From the human T2T-CHM13v2.0 reference genome, Homo sapiens, in NCBI RefSeq assembly GCF_009914755.1, contig NC_060934.1: 64,000 nt of DNA. One strand, 5' to 3'. Below, piece after piece: positions 15,827 through 32,890 of this stretch. Within the stretch, counting starts at the first letter, position 1, and each line of letters begins with the position of its first letter. The notes below the pieces were generated by a model, which worked only from the letters and a program-made list of their open reading frames with translations, was not told the origin of the DNA and searched no databases. The position numbers were made by a program, and so were the translations under genes.

Positions 15827-16494
15827 TACCTCAAGCCACTCTGGGTGGAACAGTAAACCCTCCAATCCCAGAGTCCAGGCAAAAAGGCACTGCTTCAGCA
15901 TGACAGGCATAAGCAAAACTGGTCTGTGTGTGATGCAAAGGTAGGAAACCCTCCCATCCCCAGGACTCAGACACAGATCCAATGCCCCCGAGGAAAGGCT
16001 GGAAACTCTTCTGCCCATATACACATCAGATTCAAGGCAGTTTGACTACCAGACGAAGAAAGGAAGAGGAATGCTGTGGAGACCCTATCTCCATGACCCA
16101 GGTACCAGGGCCTACCTTAAACTGGATCAGAAGAACTGAGAACCATTCCCCTGACTCTACAATGAGCCCAGATATGAGATCTAAACCACCAATGGTAATC
16201 TAATGCTGAAGAAGGGGCCAGGGCTAGATTATACTACAGCTCAGGCATTTGAGAACTACTAAAAAAGCTGAGAAAATAAAGCAAGAACACCGAGGAAAGT
16301 GGGGCACTCCAGGCACTATTTTAAGTATAAGGTAACAGCAGTTCACAGCTGGAAGAATTAAAAACCTGTGGTAGAATGAAGGAAATAACACAAAGACCCA
16401 AACCCAACTCAATTACTGATCAAATTAACTCACAATCCCATATACATGACCTAATAGAAAAAGAGGCGTGCTCATTTCCAGGCATAAAAACTAC

Positions 16495-17098
<604 letters not shown>

Positions 17099-17860
17099 TT
17101 TACCTTGGTCTCTACTGGTCTTCTACACACAATGTCTGGCATTCAATCAAAAATTACCAAAAAAAAAAAAAAAAAAAAATCACAAGAATGTAAAAACAAA
17201 ATCAAGATACAAGACAACAGAAAAGTCTCAGAGATGACCTAAATGTAGGAATTATCATACAGTGATCTTAAATAACCATGCTTAAGATGTTTAAAGATCT
17301 AATGGAAAAGGTAAACAACATACATAAACATATGGGAAATTTCACTGAGATAGAAACCAGAAGAGTTAAATGGAAATGACAGGAATTAAAAAACTAATTA
17401 GAGATGAAGAATTCCTTCAATGGGCTCATTAGTAGATTTGGCATGGCTTAAGAACCTTTACTCAGTAAACTGAAAGATAAGTCAACAGAAATTATTTTAA
17501 CAAATAAATTGAAACAAAGAGTGATGGAGGTGAAGAACAAACAGATTATCCATGGGTTATCAAATGGTCCAACAATTCTTTTCTTCTAATACTCCAGTTA
17601 CACTGGTAAGACAGAAGACTTGAGAAGATATGGCGAAAGTTTCTTCCAAAATTAATGAAACAGAATGAACCACAGATCCAAGAAGCTCAGAAAGTCCCAG
17701 TCAGGATAAATTCAAAAGAACAGAAAACAGACCCATCTCCCCAAATAATTATAACCAAACTAGAGAAAATCGAAGACAAAAGGAAAATCTTCAAGGCAGC
17801 CAGAGAAAAAGGACAGTATAAAAATAGTGAAAAGGCAGCCCTGAAACTGAAGGATACTTA

Positions 17861-18226
<366 letters not shown>

Positions 18227-18227
18227 G

Positions 18228-18295
<68 letters not shown>

Positions 18296-18321
18296 CACAT
18301 ACACACACACACACATATATA
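18227..18321. repeat. Compound (TA)n(CA)n microsatellite in Alu tail
   Basis: Direct. Confidence 0.95.
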
Positions 18322-18429
18322 AAACCTCTGATGGGAAAATGACACAAGCAGGCATTTTTAAAAATGAAGATTAGAATGATAAATTATTAGAAGTTCATAA
18401 TCACCCTCAGAAGTAGTTAAAAAGGTTTA

Positions 18430-19440
18430 AGATCACAGTATCTGACATCCCAGATTGACAAAAATTAACAAGTTTGATAATATCAAGTGTTGACAAGTAT
18501 CAAGATCAGTGGGAATTCTTATATAACGTATATGGCAGTGTACATTGGTACAAATATTTTGAAAAACTAAATATTTTTGTACTCTACTATGTAGCAATTC
18601 TACTACGAGGTATATGCCCTACATAAAACTCTTCCATGTATAGAAGAAAGCAGTTGTAACATATTCATTGTGTTGTTGATCCTTAAATAAAATACTGGAA
18701 ACACCCCGAATACCTACTCAGAAGAAAAACAGTATATTCACACAGAAAATTAAAAAGCAATGAAATCAAAAGAAATACATTAAATACAATATGAATAAAG
18801 CTAAGAAACACAGTATGGTGTGAAAGAAGCTGCAAAAAAAATACATTTTTTAATAAACTAAAAAAACAGAAGAAATGATATATTGCTTAGAGATAACTTA
18901 TGAGATGAGGAGGTGGGAGGAACAGAATAGGAATGAAATTCACAGGTAGATGCAATGGTATCAGTACCATTCTTGAGTGGTAGGAATCCAGGTGCTCATT
19001 TTGTCATGCTTTATAACTTACACGTGTTATATGGTCCACTTTTGTTTGAATAAAATATTACATAATGAAAATGTTAAACAACGTTATAAATATAACTTGG
19101 TGGATAAATCATTTTCCCTCTTAGAATTCATAGATGTTACAATACAAAGCTCAAAAATATTATGCTACGTGATAGAAGCTTAATGCCAAAGACCACATAT
19201 TATATGACCCCACTTATAGAAAATGCCCAGAATGGGCATATTTATAAAGACAGAAAGATTTGTGGTTGTGTAGGGTTGGGGCAGGGAAGGGTGGGTGGTG
19301 GGGAGAGGGATAGTGAGTGCTAAAACTAGATTATAGTTCAACTCTGTAAATATAATAAAAACCACTGAACTGTACATTTTACACGTGTAAATTTTATGGT
19401 ATATAAAATTCTATCTCAATAAAGCTGTTTTTTAAAAAAG
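18430..19440 (+). mobile_element. Old L1M 3' fragments
   Basis: ORF2-end/3'UTR motifs ending ..AAAACCACTGAACTGTACATTTTA..CTCAATAAAGCTGTT. Confidence 0.65.
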
Positions 19441-20315
19441 CATTCTCTATAACATGCACGCTTTTCATATATCAGAAATATCAATGAAATATAAAAATGT
19501 TAAATGACCTTAGAAAGCAAGGAGATACAGACTTAAATATATGACATAATTCAATAAAACATGAAAAAGCCCTAACTTTACATCACTATAACAATTCACT
19601 GTAAAAAATGGGGCATATCTAATACTTATCACTTTGATATATCTAGAAAAATAGCTAGCCCATCGTTCAAATATCATCTCTAATATAGTTACAGGCACAT
19701 TCCAACTTATAAATGCTCTAAAAGTCACAAATGTTCTAATTTATAAGTTGGTTGTTGGGATAACATTTTCTATTGCAACAACATAAACTACAGTTAGTTC
19801 CCATGGCCAGCTTTAAAAAACTCATTCATGCCATGATGTAACTGAATTCTGCTATGAAATGTAGTCTGAATCTGGGTCCTAAAAGCAAAGATTCAAAGTA
19901 GAAGAAAGTTCCCCCCACCTTTAAGTATGGAACCAGTTTAAGGCATAATTTTCAAAAGCTACCTTGGTAGTTTCTTATTCTTCCTCTCAGAATTCTTTAT
20001 CACCTACTGCTACACTTATCAGATGCAGAGTCCACTCAAACTGCTAAGTCCCTAACTCCAGTAAAGCATAACAACCAAACAATCCTTTCTCGAAAATAAA
20101 TCATGCCCGCAAATCAGCAACCTTCTTTTCCTTACAAAACAAAGTTAGCACCTAACAACCCTTTCAGTGGGCAACTGAGAAGAAAGCAGACTGATCCAAA
20201 TTATTAATATACTAAGATGTGAAAGGCTTTCTTAACCCTGATGATTGTTCTGCGGGGTGTAGGAGGGCAAGATAGGATCCCTGCCAGAGTATTTTCTGCC
20301 AGAACAAGCTTACTC

Positions 20316-20530
20316 AATCAGTTACCTATTGTTATGTAACAAACCATGCCAAAACTTAAGGCTATAAACAACAACAATGTACTGTCATTACTCTATGGGT
20401 TAATGGGTGGTTTCTTGGCTGGTTTCACTGGGCTCACTCACATGGCCGCATTCAGGGGGAGGTTCAGCTGAGACCCAAGATCAAAGCCAAGATCAAGGGA
20501 TAGGAAACAGACTCCCACCTCTTAATGACA
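20316..20530 (-). mobile_element. MLT1 (MaLR) LTR fragment
   Basis: ATCAGTTACCTATTG..GTAACAAACCA..CAAAACTTA..GGCT..AAACAACAAC reverse MLT1 end. Confidence 0.6.
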
Positions 20531-21301
20531 GAAACAGTATAGACCTCCTCAGATGTATGCATGATATATAAAAAAGAGATCAGACAAAAAAGGGCTGTGC
20601 CTAACAAGTCTCAAACCACACACATTTGTAAGAACAAGAGTCACAAACTACAAGGGAGCAATGAGTATATCGGTGTTCTGTGTTTGTGATTCACATCAAC
20701 GATTAACTTAATACGCGATCTTCAAGTTGATCAAATTACTACCTCCAAAACGTTTTAGCTCAGAAGCTACTGGGGAAGTTCTTCACTGCCCTTGGAAGAT
20801 GTGTTGTTAATTATGGAGGCCTCTAACCAGCTATTTACGAGAAACCTATCAATGTCCCACCCTCTACATCTCTACCTATACCTGACACCCGAGGTTTCCA
20901 ACCCTGGCCCAGGGGCAATGACTAACACCTGAAGACCGGGATATAACATTCCAACAGCTATACATGCTTGGAAAATCTGCGGTGTTTCTCAGTTGCACCT
21001 GTGCAGAGAAAAGGAAGTAATCAAGCACCTCCTAACTTCAAAGAATCAACAGGGGGAGCTCTGTGATAAAGTGACCTCTGCAACAGAAAGTAGGGCCAAT
21101 TACAGACAGAGATGACTGCCAAATCCAAGGCTCCTCCCACCCTTTCCCGGCAAGGTGCATTCCCCAAGACAGAGAAATCTTAAAGGAAATTAAAAACAAC
21201 AAAACAAAATAAAAATCCAAACAAAGAATAAAACCCACTGGCAGTTGATCTCCATTTGGAGGTTGAATGATTGTAAATTGATTGCAAAAGAATATGATTC
21301 T

Positions 21302-21604
21302 AGCTGGGCACGGTGGCTCACACCTGTAATCCCAGCACTTTGGGAGGCCGAGGCGGGCAGATCACGAGGTCAAGAGATAGAGACCATCCTGGCCAACATG
21401 GTGAAACTCTGTCTCTACTAAAAATACAAAAATTAGCTGGGTGTGGTGGCCCGTGCCTGCAGCCCCAGCTACTTAGGAGGCTAAAGCAGGAGAATCGCTT
21501 GAACCCAGGAGATAGAGGTTGCAGTGATCGAGACAGGGTCACTGCACTCCAGCCTGGTGACAGAGAGAGACTCCATCTCCACAAAAAAAAAAAAAAAAAA
21601 AAAA
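21302..21604 (+). mobile_element. AluSc-like
   Basis: Full dimer, GATCACGAGGTCAAGAGAT, poly-A tail. Confidence 0.9.
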
Positions 21605-22940
21605 GAATACCATTCCAGATTAAATACTGGCCATGCATCATTCACTGTGTACCTACACCAGGAACCCTAAATTTCTAAATAAGTTCCTATGACTTCTGAC
21701 ATGGGCAGGGTGAACCTCAACACTAGCCCCAGAAGTTTATCTTCCATCTGCCTCCTCTCCCCACGCCCCATAATAAGTTCCCAACCAGAACTGCTGCCAA
21801 GTAGAAAAATAAGCTACAATCATTCGATTTCTAAAAGTTAACATCTGTGATGGAGAATCTCCTGCATGGGAAGCACCGTGTGGAATGTGACACTGCATAC
21901 GACAGACACTGTCCCCACCCTGAAGGGGTATATAATCCTCCTAGCAATTAAAGAAAAGCAACATCATTAATCCATACATTTAGCAATTGGCCTTGGAATG
22001 ATCTTGTCTTGGCTACATAAATAGCCTCAAGAATAAAGAGATTTAAAATGGGATTAAGCTGCACAGAGGAAAAAGCTAAGCATTTTTATCTACTACAGTA
22101 ACAGAAGAAATACAAGAGACTACTCAAGGCCTAAGGTCTGGCACATAAGCATCCAAACACCTGCTGAATAGGGAGGAGCATAAACATACAGAAATATACC
22201 AGCTGTATATATGCATATACTCGTATAACACTGGACAATCATCCTTGATAATGGAGGAGAATGTTTAAGTATTGATTGTATTCCTGGCAACATGGCAGGC
22301 TCTTCCATACAGTATCACATCCATACACTGACTCCACACATTTTGGCCTCACGTCGTATATAGGGAAACTAGCTCAGAGAGGTCAAGCAACCTGCCTGAG
22401 GATCTCAGCTACAAAGTTATGAGGGCTATGATTCAAGCAAACCCTGGAATGGCTCCAAGGCTCCTAGTCCTTCTATGGTCTAAACTCAACAATCCAGTAA
22501 CAATACCTTCCTCTGATCCAAAGGCTGCAGCATCATTCTCCAAAAGTCACTAACTTCCCACAAAAGTCAACATTATTTACGCTGCTGTCAGTGCCTGAAC
22601 ATCACAAAGCAGCTCATCTTCAGAATGACAAGCCCTGTAATTTGCTTTCTCAAACTGAGGGTAACTAAATGTTGGGTGACCAAGAGGTACTCTTTCAGAC
22701 TTGCAAAAAAGCCACTTTCTGCTATCGCTGCCATCACTTCAAGTAGTAGAATACATATTCCCTGATGGCATACACGCCATACATAGTGTTCCTGTGTGTT
22801 GACAGCAAGCTTTTGTAGGGTAAATGCACCAGAGAGCAACAACTTAAGCATATCCCCAGAATGACCCATATGGCAGAGGCACCTGAATGTGTGTTCTGAG
22901 ATAGGGAATTTGGGAGTGGCCAACCTGGAGGTTCACATCT

Positions 22941-23914
<974 letters not shown>

Positions 23915-24389
23915 ATCTGAGCTCATCCCATCCTGTGGAACATGCACTGTACAGAGGATTAAGGCCCTGAGTTTTGGGGTAAATGAAGGTTGCCAGGTAG
24001 AAGTTATTAAGGGGAAGGTGCTAAGTGAAAATTCTATACAAACTGCATGCTGTTTGCAAGGGTTGCTGTTTTCCTGCCAAGCCCACCACCACTGGACCGT
24101 GTGATTTTCCTGCCCAGCCCACCACCACTGGGCCATGCAGATACGTTGTCCAGCCCGCCGCCACTAGACCGTTCCTGTGATTAAGGTGGTTCTTCTATTC
24201 AGCTCACTGCCACTGGACACTCTTCCCTGGATGAAAGCCTCTAATAAAACCCCACATCTCATTTGCTGGCTCCAGGTCTCTTATTTGGCCTTTTGAACCT
24301 GGTGCCCTCCCTACTGAGGTTGATAGGGGTTTGGCATGACAACTCTAATTTAACTTTATTCTTCACGCTTTCCTCCCCTTCTCTTTCAT

Positions 24390-24787
24390 GGCTCACTGTG
24401 CCTAAGCGTTACAAACAATATGGTTTATGATGAACACCTGCTTTCCTTTGAGATTCTGGAACTTTGGTACATGCTAAGCAGAGCCAGCCCCCAGTAAAAA
24501 CCCTCGGCTCCAATGAGCTTCCCTGGTAGATGACACTTCACACGTGTGGTTACAATGCCACATTGGGGGAATTAAGCACATCCTGTGTGACTCTACTGGG
24601 AGAGGACTCTTGGAAGCTATGCTTGGTTTCCTCTGGACTTTGTCCCATGCACCTCTTTCTTATGCCAATTTTGCTTTGCGGCCTTTTGTTCTAATACATC
24701 TTAGCCATGAGTATTACTAGATACTGAGTCCTGAGTCTTTCTAGCAAATCACCAAACCTGAGGGTGGTCCTGGGGACTCCTGACACA
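24390..24787 (+). mobile_element. MER21-like LTR 3' part
   Basis: Ends TGAGTCCTGAGTC..CTAGCAAATCACCAAACCTGAGGGTGGTCCTGGGGACTCCTGACACA. Confidence 0.75.
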
Positions 24788-24989
24788 CCCTATATCTAAA
24801 AAGAATGCCTTTAACCTGTCTTTCAAAAGCCAATGGGAGCCATAGGAAAGAGCACACTTCATCCCTACCACGCCCTAATGATCTCAGTGTAGTGCTATAA
24901 ACTATAGCCCAAAGTCTTCCAGTTAAGTGCAACTTTACTAAGAGGGACATGAGAGCACTTAGCCAGAAAAGCCTCCCTCAGATCTCCAG

Positions 24990-25117
24990 ACTTAACCAAC
25001 TGCCAACCTGTCGTCACCACCTGGACAGCATATAGGCACCTCCAACATAATCGACCCCAAACACCTCTCTGGATTCCTTCCCCTCTGTCCTAAGCAGTGA
25101 GACATGGACTTGCTCAG

Positions 25118-25152
<35 letters not shown>

Positions 25153-25950
25153 AGAAAAAAGAAAAAAAAAAAACAGAAACAAAAACAAACAAACAAAAAA
25201 ACCAGCAAGAAGTAAGCCTTGGTTTTCTTTCCCTCACTACCCTTGTGCCTATTTAGCCCATCAGAAAGTCCTGTTTCTAATGGAAATAAATCTTGAATGT
25301 CTTTCTGGCCTTCTCATTGCCTTTGCTCCAGCCACTATCATTCCTCATCAGGCTTACAACAGCCGCCTACCTGGCCCTGCTGATCCTTCCACTCTTGTGC
25401 TCATACAACCCGTGCTCATTCTGCACACCCACAGTTTTAGAGATGGAAAACTGACCACTTTGTTACCCTGCTCAAACCCTCCAAAGGCTTCCCATCACAC
25501 TAAGAAATAGTGATTCCTTGCCCTGGATCATCTACCGGCCCTCCCGTGGTCCAGCCTCTGCCTGCCTCTTGCCCCGACACCCACGACACTCCAGCCACTC
25601 CAGCATATCTGTTCCCACACATGCCACACTCATGATCCCTGTTGTGGTATCCAGGTACTAGCTAGATTCTCTGCCCCATAGCAGGCTGGCTACCTGTCAT
25701 CTCAGATCCCCCTGAAGAGGCTGTCTCAGCCATCAAACCTAAAGAGCCCTCACCACCATTCACCACCCCATTACACTACCTTCTTTCCATCGAGGATGTA
25801 TCTTGCCTACTGCCACAGAGATATCTTTTTACTGTTTGTCACCCCCACCAGAATGTAGGCTTATGAGCACAATCAGGGCCACTGGTGACTTCAGAACCTA
25901 CAATTGTGCCTGGCATATGGCAAGTACTCCGATACTGGTTAACATATGGG
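24990..25950 (+). mobile_element. L2 fragment
   Basis: CTGCTCAAACCCTCCAAAGGCTTCCCATCACACT..TGTGCCTGGCATATGG L2 3' motifs. Confidence 0.65.
25120..25201. repeat. ~80-nt A-rich tract (about A32 then A-rich repeats)
   Basis: Direct. Confidence 0.9.
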
Positions 25951-28895
25951 CAACTCATTGAGACGTGGAAAAAGGCTTCTCTTAAACTCAACCTTTTCTC
26001 CCCACCCGCCTCTGCTGGTTAACTGAAGTTCAAAGCACTGAGTCAAGTTCTCATGACAGAAAAAATAAGGTACTATCACTGCTCTTGGAGGAGCTCAGAG
26101 TCTAGTAGTTCCAGATCCATCACCACTTTTCACACCCCCACATCCACTTGCACAGATGCCACTGATACCAAAACACAGCACTATACTTGGTAGCTCTAAC
26201 TCTTCCATCCTGTCACCACTGTTGGATCATGAATAGAGCTGCAGTGGATGGTACGTGAGTGACCCCCAGCATTAACTTTCTTCATCCTCTTTTTGAAAAG
26301 AGGACTCTCCTACAATCTAGAGGACCACCCAGCTAGATTACATATCCCAGACTCCTGGACAGGTAGGTGGGGCTATGGGGCTAATTTCTGACAAACAGGA
26401 GATGGATGGAAGTGGTATGCAACTTTGGAGTCATAGCTTTTAAAAAGAAGCAGTTATCCATGCTGCTTCCCACTTTTCACAGGCTGGAATCGAACTAGAA
26501 GTTATAAGGCAGGTCCCACCACAATGGCAAGGCTAACATCCCGCAAGATGGTACAGCTATGAAATAGGAAGACCCCAGTGAACAACCTCATGGAGGAGTC
26601 AACCACCAGCCCGGGACTATTAAATGAGAGCACCATGAACTGAGCAGCTGTATTTGGGGGTCTCCCCATCAGCAGTTTAGCCTCTGCCATACACAATTCC
26701 TGAAATGAAAACTCATCAGTATGAGAGGAGAGTCAGTCAGATCTATGTTTAGAAATGAAAAGCTCGCCTGAGATACAGTAAATTGGAGAGGCAAAATGCT
26801 AAAGACTATGCACATTATGATCCCATGAGTGAAGTTTTATTTAACAAGAATATATAAATAAAATGCTTTCATGTATTATACATGAGGAGAGTTTATATTA
26901 TATAAACATGTATAAGTATTATGTATATAATTGTAAATATTTTAAAAATTAATAGAACTGTGTCTAAGAAATGTTAACAGTGCCTCTGGAGTTGTTAAAG
27001 AGGCTAATCTGTCACACCACATTCGCAGAGCTAAGAACACCGCCTTGTATATACGAAGCACTCAAGTACGTAAAAATAAACATTCACCTTGTGTTTACAT
27101 GTGTATACACGTACACACAAATCTCGGAGGGACTGCTTTGTAGGCAATGGATTCCCAAAGCTCAACATCAAGATTTCACTGGCATCACCTAATACTCATT
27201 AAAAAAAAAAAAAAAAAAAAAAAAAGTTGATGCACTACTGATGCCCAGACCCTTGCCCTGACAAACTGGGTCAGCTCTGAGGGATGGGGCCCCAAGGTTC
27301 CATTGAACAGTTTGGTTGGAGAGCCTGGAGCAGATAAAAAGATACAGCGCTAGCTAATCAGGAGACCTTAGCCCTCGTCCTGGTTTTGCTGTTAACTCTT
27401 AATTAACCTTGGCAAGCTACTTTCTTTCTTCAGCCTGCCTACATTTCCCCATCTGTAAAATGGGAGATAATATGAAGTCCTTTATGGCACAGCACACATC
27501 CTGCCTTGTGAGGGGGCAGGGGATCCACGCTGCTTTGAACAAAAATTCCCACTAAGTATTCCCCAAATTCAGTTGCTAATTGGCAAAAGAAAAAAAAATA
27601 GCACTCTGATTAAATATAAGGATACAAGTTCTCCTCCAAAAGTAAAAGGCTCCTCAAACAAGGGACTTAAAGGGAGGAAGAAGGGAAATGGATTACAGGA
27701 AACTAGAAAATTCTCAAGTATAAAGAAAATAAGGAGCCAATTATTAAAAGCACTGCTAATGTTATCCATCCCTTGTAACCTCTGTGCTTACACATTTTAC
27801 AAAATTGGTTCACATTACACGCACACTGTATCCTCACTCCACTTACTAGATTTTAACTATCTCTATGATTAAATGTTCCTCCAATAATTTTTGATGTTGT
27901 AAACAACCTATCTCACTGATGTGCCAAAACCATCTCTCTACTGCCTGACATTCCTTCCAGTTGTTTCCAATGCTTCTGCCCTTTGAAGAATCGTTACAAT
28001 GAACATGCTTGAACAGTCTGAGGCTGTGCTAGCTGGATGTTTCTTCCAGCAGATTCCCCAACCTTGGGTATCAGTATTCAGTTAAGATACGGAGACTTAA
28101 GCAAACAGCTGCCTACATTTGCAGCTACAAAGCTGTGTCTGTTTCCTGTGCTGTTGCAGGTAAGAAAATGGTAGCCAATTTACATCCTGTTCCTTGTCTC
28201 CTTGCTCGTGCGAAGGTGTCCAGGGGTTGGGCTTCTGAACTGACTTTCTATGGAAGCCAATTCCTCCGAAGAAGTAAAAGACACACTGCTTTAACTATAA
28301 GGCTGGCTTTGTGAGTTGGAGGTTATTGATGTATGAACATTTTCTAGTTTTCAGTGAGTAAAGAGGGACGGAAGGTTTAACCTCTAGCAAGGGGTTAACT
28401 TTCAGCATCAAGTTTCTATTCTAGTTGGACACAAGGATTTCATGGTCAAACTACATCTCACCACCTTGATACCTGGGGCTGCATCCAGTCAAAGAGGATA
28501 ACTTTCCAGATGGGGGGGTGGGGGAAGGTAACAACATTAGAAAGTGCATAAGCAGTAACTCTTCCCTGCTAGAACTTCTAAGAAATATTGCTAAGCTGTC
28601 ATTAGGAATTAAGGTGAAAATCTAGCACAGGTCCTCGATCCTTTAAACACAATTCCAAAACCCAGAAGACTGAAAACCGAAAGCTACATTTGGCAAGCAA
28701 CCAAACAACTGCGTTCACTTGGTGGCAAGCCTGATCTGAATTGACATGAGGCTCTTTGCAGCTTTATCATCAAACTTAGCATGCCTGTTCACATGTTTTG
28801 CTGAGGTGGTTTGATGTGTCTGCTGTTTCAATCCTCTGGCGGTGCTACAGTATACGTGGTAGGTGCTCAGTACCTTTCCATAGCTCCACTCCCTT

Positions 28896-29344
28896 TTATG
28901 GGATGGACTGTGTCCTTGAAAAAGATATGTTCAATTCCTAACCCCACATACTTGTGAATGTGACCTTATTTGGAAATAGGTTCTTTGCAGATGTAATCAA
29001 GCTAAGATGAGATCACTGGAGTGGGCCCCAATCCAATACGACTGCTGTCCTTATAAGAAGGGAAAATACAGACAGAAACATACAAGGAGAAGATGACCAC
29101 ATGACTTCAGAGGCAGGAACTGAAGTGCTGCAGCTGCAAGCCAAGGAACGCCTGGAGATACTAGAAACTAGAAGAATCACAGAAGGATCTTCCCCGGCCA
29201 GAGGTTTCCAAGGGAGAACAACCCTTACCAACACCTTGATTTTGGACTTCTGGCCCCTCCAGAACTGTGAGAAAATTAATTTCTATTGTTTTATGCCACT
29301 CAGTCTGTGAAACATTGTTACAACAGCCTTGGGAAACAAACAGA
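28896..29344 (+). mobile_element. MLT1B/C MaLR LTR
   Basis: GAATGTGACCTTATTTGGAAATAGG..TTTGCAGATGTAATCAAG..CACCTTGATTTTGGACTTCTGGCC..CCAGAACTGTGAGA. Confidence 0.85.
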
Positions 29345-29845
29345 CCCAACTCCCACCACCAAAAAAACCTAAATTCTAAAACATATCTGGCCTCATGGGA
29401 TAAGAGACTGTGGAGCTATATTTTAATATTTAGTATTTTAATATGCCACTTTATTCTGAATATTTCAAAGTAAATGCAGGTTTTTCAATCTTGGTTTCTG
29501 ACAATGGTATTTACCTAAATTTGTGATGATTTTGTAATAGACTGCTAATTTTTAAAAAAAAAGAAGGACAGAGAACACATATGTAGCTTTTAAAATTATC
29601 AAAACAGAATAGTTAAAACAATCCAAGTACATCTTAAATCTTCTATATGAGAATGAATGTTCCCCATTCCTATGATGTTGAGGCAGTAGCACATTTAGAC
29701 ACAATACAGCTGTCAAAATCCCAAATGCTGCAAAATCAACCATGGTCAGTGAAGATCTATGACATCTAATACTGAAAGAAAACGAAGTGAAAGAATGGTG
29801 AAGCATGTCCGAAGCGTAGACATTCATTTCCTTACACATTTACCT

Positions 29846-29849
<4 letters not shown>

Positions 29850-29883
<34 letters not shown>

Positions 29884-29884
29884 C
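29850..29884. repeat. (CA)n microsatellite
   Basis: Direct. Confidence 0.95.
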
Positions 29885-30240
29885 CCCTACATAGATTCCA
29901 TATGCCAGAAGGCACAGGGAATATAATAAAACTATAATGAGACAGGACCTTACACTCTAACAGGAATGTAACAAAGGCACAAATTGATCTTCTCCCAGTT
30001 CTAAAATGTTTTCTTTGGCACTAAACTTGCCTTTTGTTCTCCTATCCAACCAAGACTAGAGTTTCTGTAATTTTATCATTTTTATCAAACATATTAAAAT
30101 TATCACATTGAAATCCTCCGTTTACAGAAAGGTGGTTCATGGATTAACCAAAGATATACAGAGATCAATATACAAAGATATTCACAGAAATGCCATCCAT
30201 ACCAATGCAAACAACCAATTCACTAACAATACTCCTATTC

Positions 30241-30752
30241 TGCCAGTGAAGGCAGAATGCTCCCTCCTGCAAACTTTGCCTCAAGCTGTCTACATTTGAA
30301 TCCCCAGAACCTATGAAAATGTTACTTACATGCAAAGGGGAATTAAGGGAACAGATAGAATTAAGGTTGCCCATCAACTGACTTTAAAATAAGGAAATTA
30401 TCTTGGGTTCTCTGAATGGGACCCGTATAATCACAGAGGTCCTTTAAAATGGAAAATGGAGGCAGAGAAGAGATCAGAGTGATGCCTAATGATGACTTGA
30501 CTTGCCATTGCTGGGTTTGAGGATGAGGAAGGGGCCATGAGATGCAGGTAGCCTCTAGAAGTTGGAGAGGCAAGAAAATGGACTCTCCTCTGGGACTTCC
30601 AGAAAAACTGCAGCCCTGTCACACTCTGATTTTAGCCCAGTGAGACCCATATTGGACTTCTAACCTATACAACTATGAGATGATAAATCTATGTTACTTC
30701 AGGCCACTACATTTGTAATAATTTGTTACAGCAGCAACAGGAAACCAATATA
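30241..30752 (+). mobile_element. MLT1D-like MaLR LTR
   Basis: GGAATTAAGGTTGC..ATCAACTGACTTTAAAATAAGG..TTTGTTACAGCAGCAACAGGAAACCAATA. Confidence 0.85.
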
Positions 30753-31727
30753 GGCACTAATAAATGACGGTGTATCCTGACAATGAAATAATATGTTGCC
30801 ATGATTAAGAACAAGTGAAAATTGTCATGATACGTGTTCAGTTGGGAAAAAACATGGTGGGAACCACAACATGACCCAAATTTTGCTTTAAAGGTTCACA
30901 CCAACCCTCAGATATGTTAGAAATGACTAGAAGCACATAAACCAGAATAGAGGTGGTTGTGAGGGATGGCACTGATGACCTATTATCTATATAATGAACC
31001 TGTTTTCCAAATTTTGTCCAAAAAATAGTTATTTATCATCACTAAAATATATTTAAAGTCTGGTAGAGATCTGCTCATCTAGGGTGGCTGTTACAGGGTA
31101 CTCAGTGACTGAACCAGGAAAGATTTGGGAGAGGTGAAGTCTTTCTGAACACCAGAGGAAAAAGAAGGTTTGAAGGACACAGAAGTTCAAAGGTTCTTGT
31201 CCAGGTGAGCTTCAAGGACAAAGACCTTTTTTATGTTTCTATCTGTGAATGCTGAGTCCTGCATACAGTTGGCACCTCAAGCACTAGCAGTTCATCTTAA
31301 AGTTGCTGATCTGTTGAAAACTACATCACAAGTCCAAGTTGTACCTCCTAAGGAACCAAAAACTGTTTAATTCTCTAGTTACAACATGGCAAAGTTTGAG
31401 TTAGTGGTCTGCGCCGATGCTATTCTTCCATCAACCCTAATATTTTTAGTGTGTGATTCTGGAGAATGCAAAGGTTTTCAGGAACACATGCATCACATTA
31501 AGACAGAGACCTCTGTATGCAATTTGATGTTTAAGACCTACAAAGCAAGTTAACTAGGTAAACTAACGAAGACAAAAGCTCTGCCCAGCCCAAGCCTGCC
31601 ACATGACATTCTGAATGTGTTTCATGATATTATGCAAAGGAAATTGCTATTTGGACATTAACCTGAGACTATATACTCCTATCAAAATACTAAATTCTGC
31701 AATCCCAAAAAAAATAACGGTTGTTAA

Positions 31728-32096
<369 letters not shown>

Positions 32097-32563
32097 TAAA
32101 AATCACTGATGCATTACATGCCCAGCTGCCTCACTAAATAGATTATTTGCCGTCACCATTCTGTCACCGTAAAAGTTTCTAACATTTTTGAAAAGGCTCC
32201 CTTACCCAGAAAGGATACCAGGCCCAGGTGTGACTTTTTTTTCCCTTAACTAGGCAAGGTCCACCAAACTTTTAAGATAAAGATAGCTGCCGTGTTATAT
32301 AAACTACACCTGTTAAGGGGGAAAAAAAAAAAAAAAAAAAAGCTATCCAAAAGTAGCCCTGCTTCCAAACTGTCCTAGCAAAAAACCCAAAGGCCACTTT
32401 TACACAGCACATATACAGAACTCTTGAATAAAATATTAGCAGCATGAGCACAGCAATGTATTAAAATTAAAAAAAATTACAAGCTGGCAGAGTTTATCTC
32501 AGCAGTAAGTGGATAATTCAACATTAGACAATTGTATTTCATTACATTGAGATTTTTTGAATA

Positions 32564-32890
32564 CAGTCATGTGTTGGTTAATGACAGGTTATGTTATGAG
32601 ACATGCATTGTTAGGTGATTTCATCATTGTGTGAACATCAAAGTATACTTACATAAACCCAGATGGTATAGCCTACTACACACCTAGGCTATGTGGTATG
32701 GCCTATTGCTCCGAGGCCTGTACAGCACGTTATTATACTGAATACTGCAGGCAATTGTAACATAAGATTAGTATTTATGTATCTAAACATAGAAAAGGTA
32801 CAGTAAAAATATAATATTTTAATCTTAAGGGACGACTGTCTTACACACAGTCCATCGCAGACTTAAATGCCATTACGCAGTGCATAATCA
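32564..32890 (+). mobile_element. Tigger3a/MER7A-like DNA transposon
   Basis: TA|CAGTCATGTG..TTAATGAC start; GGTATAGCCTACTACACACCTAGGCTA core. Confidence 0.8.
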
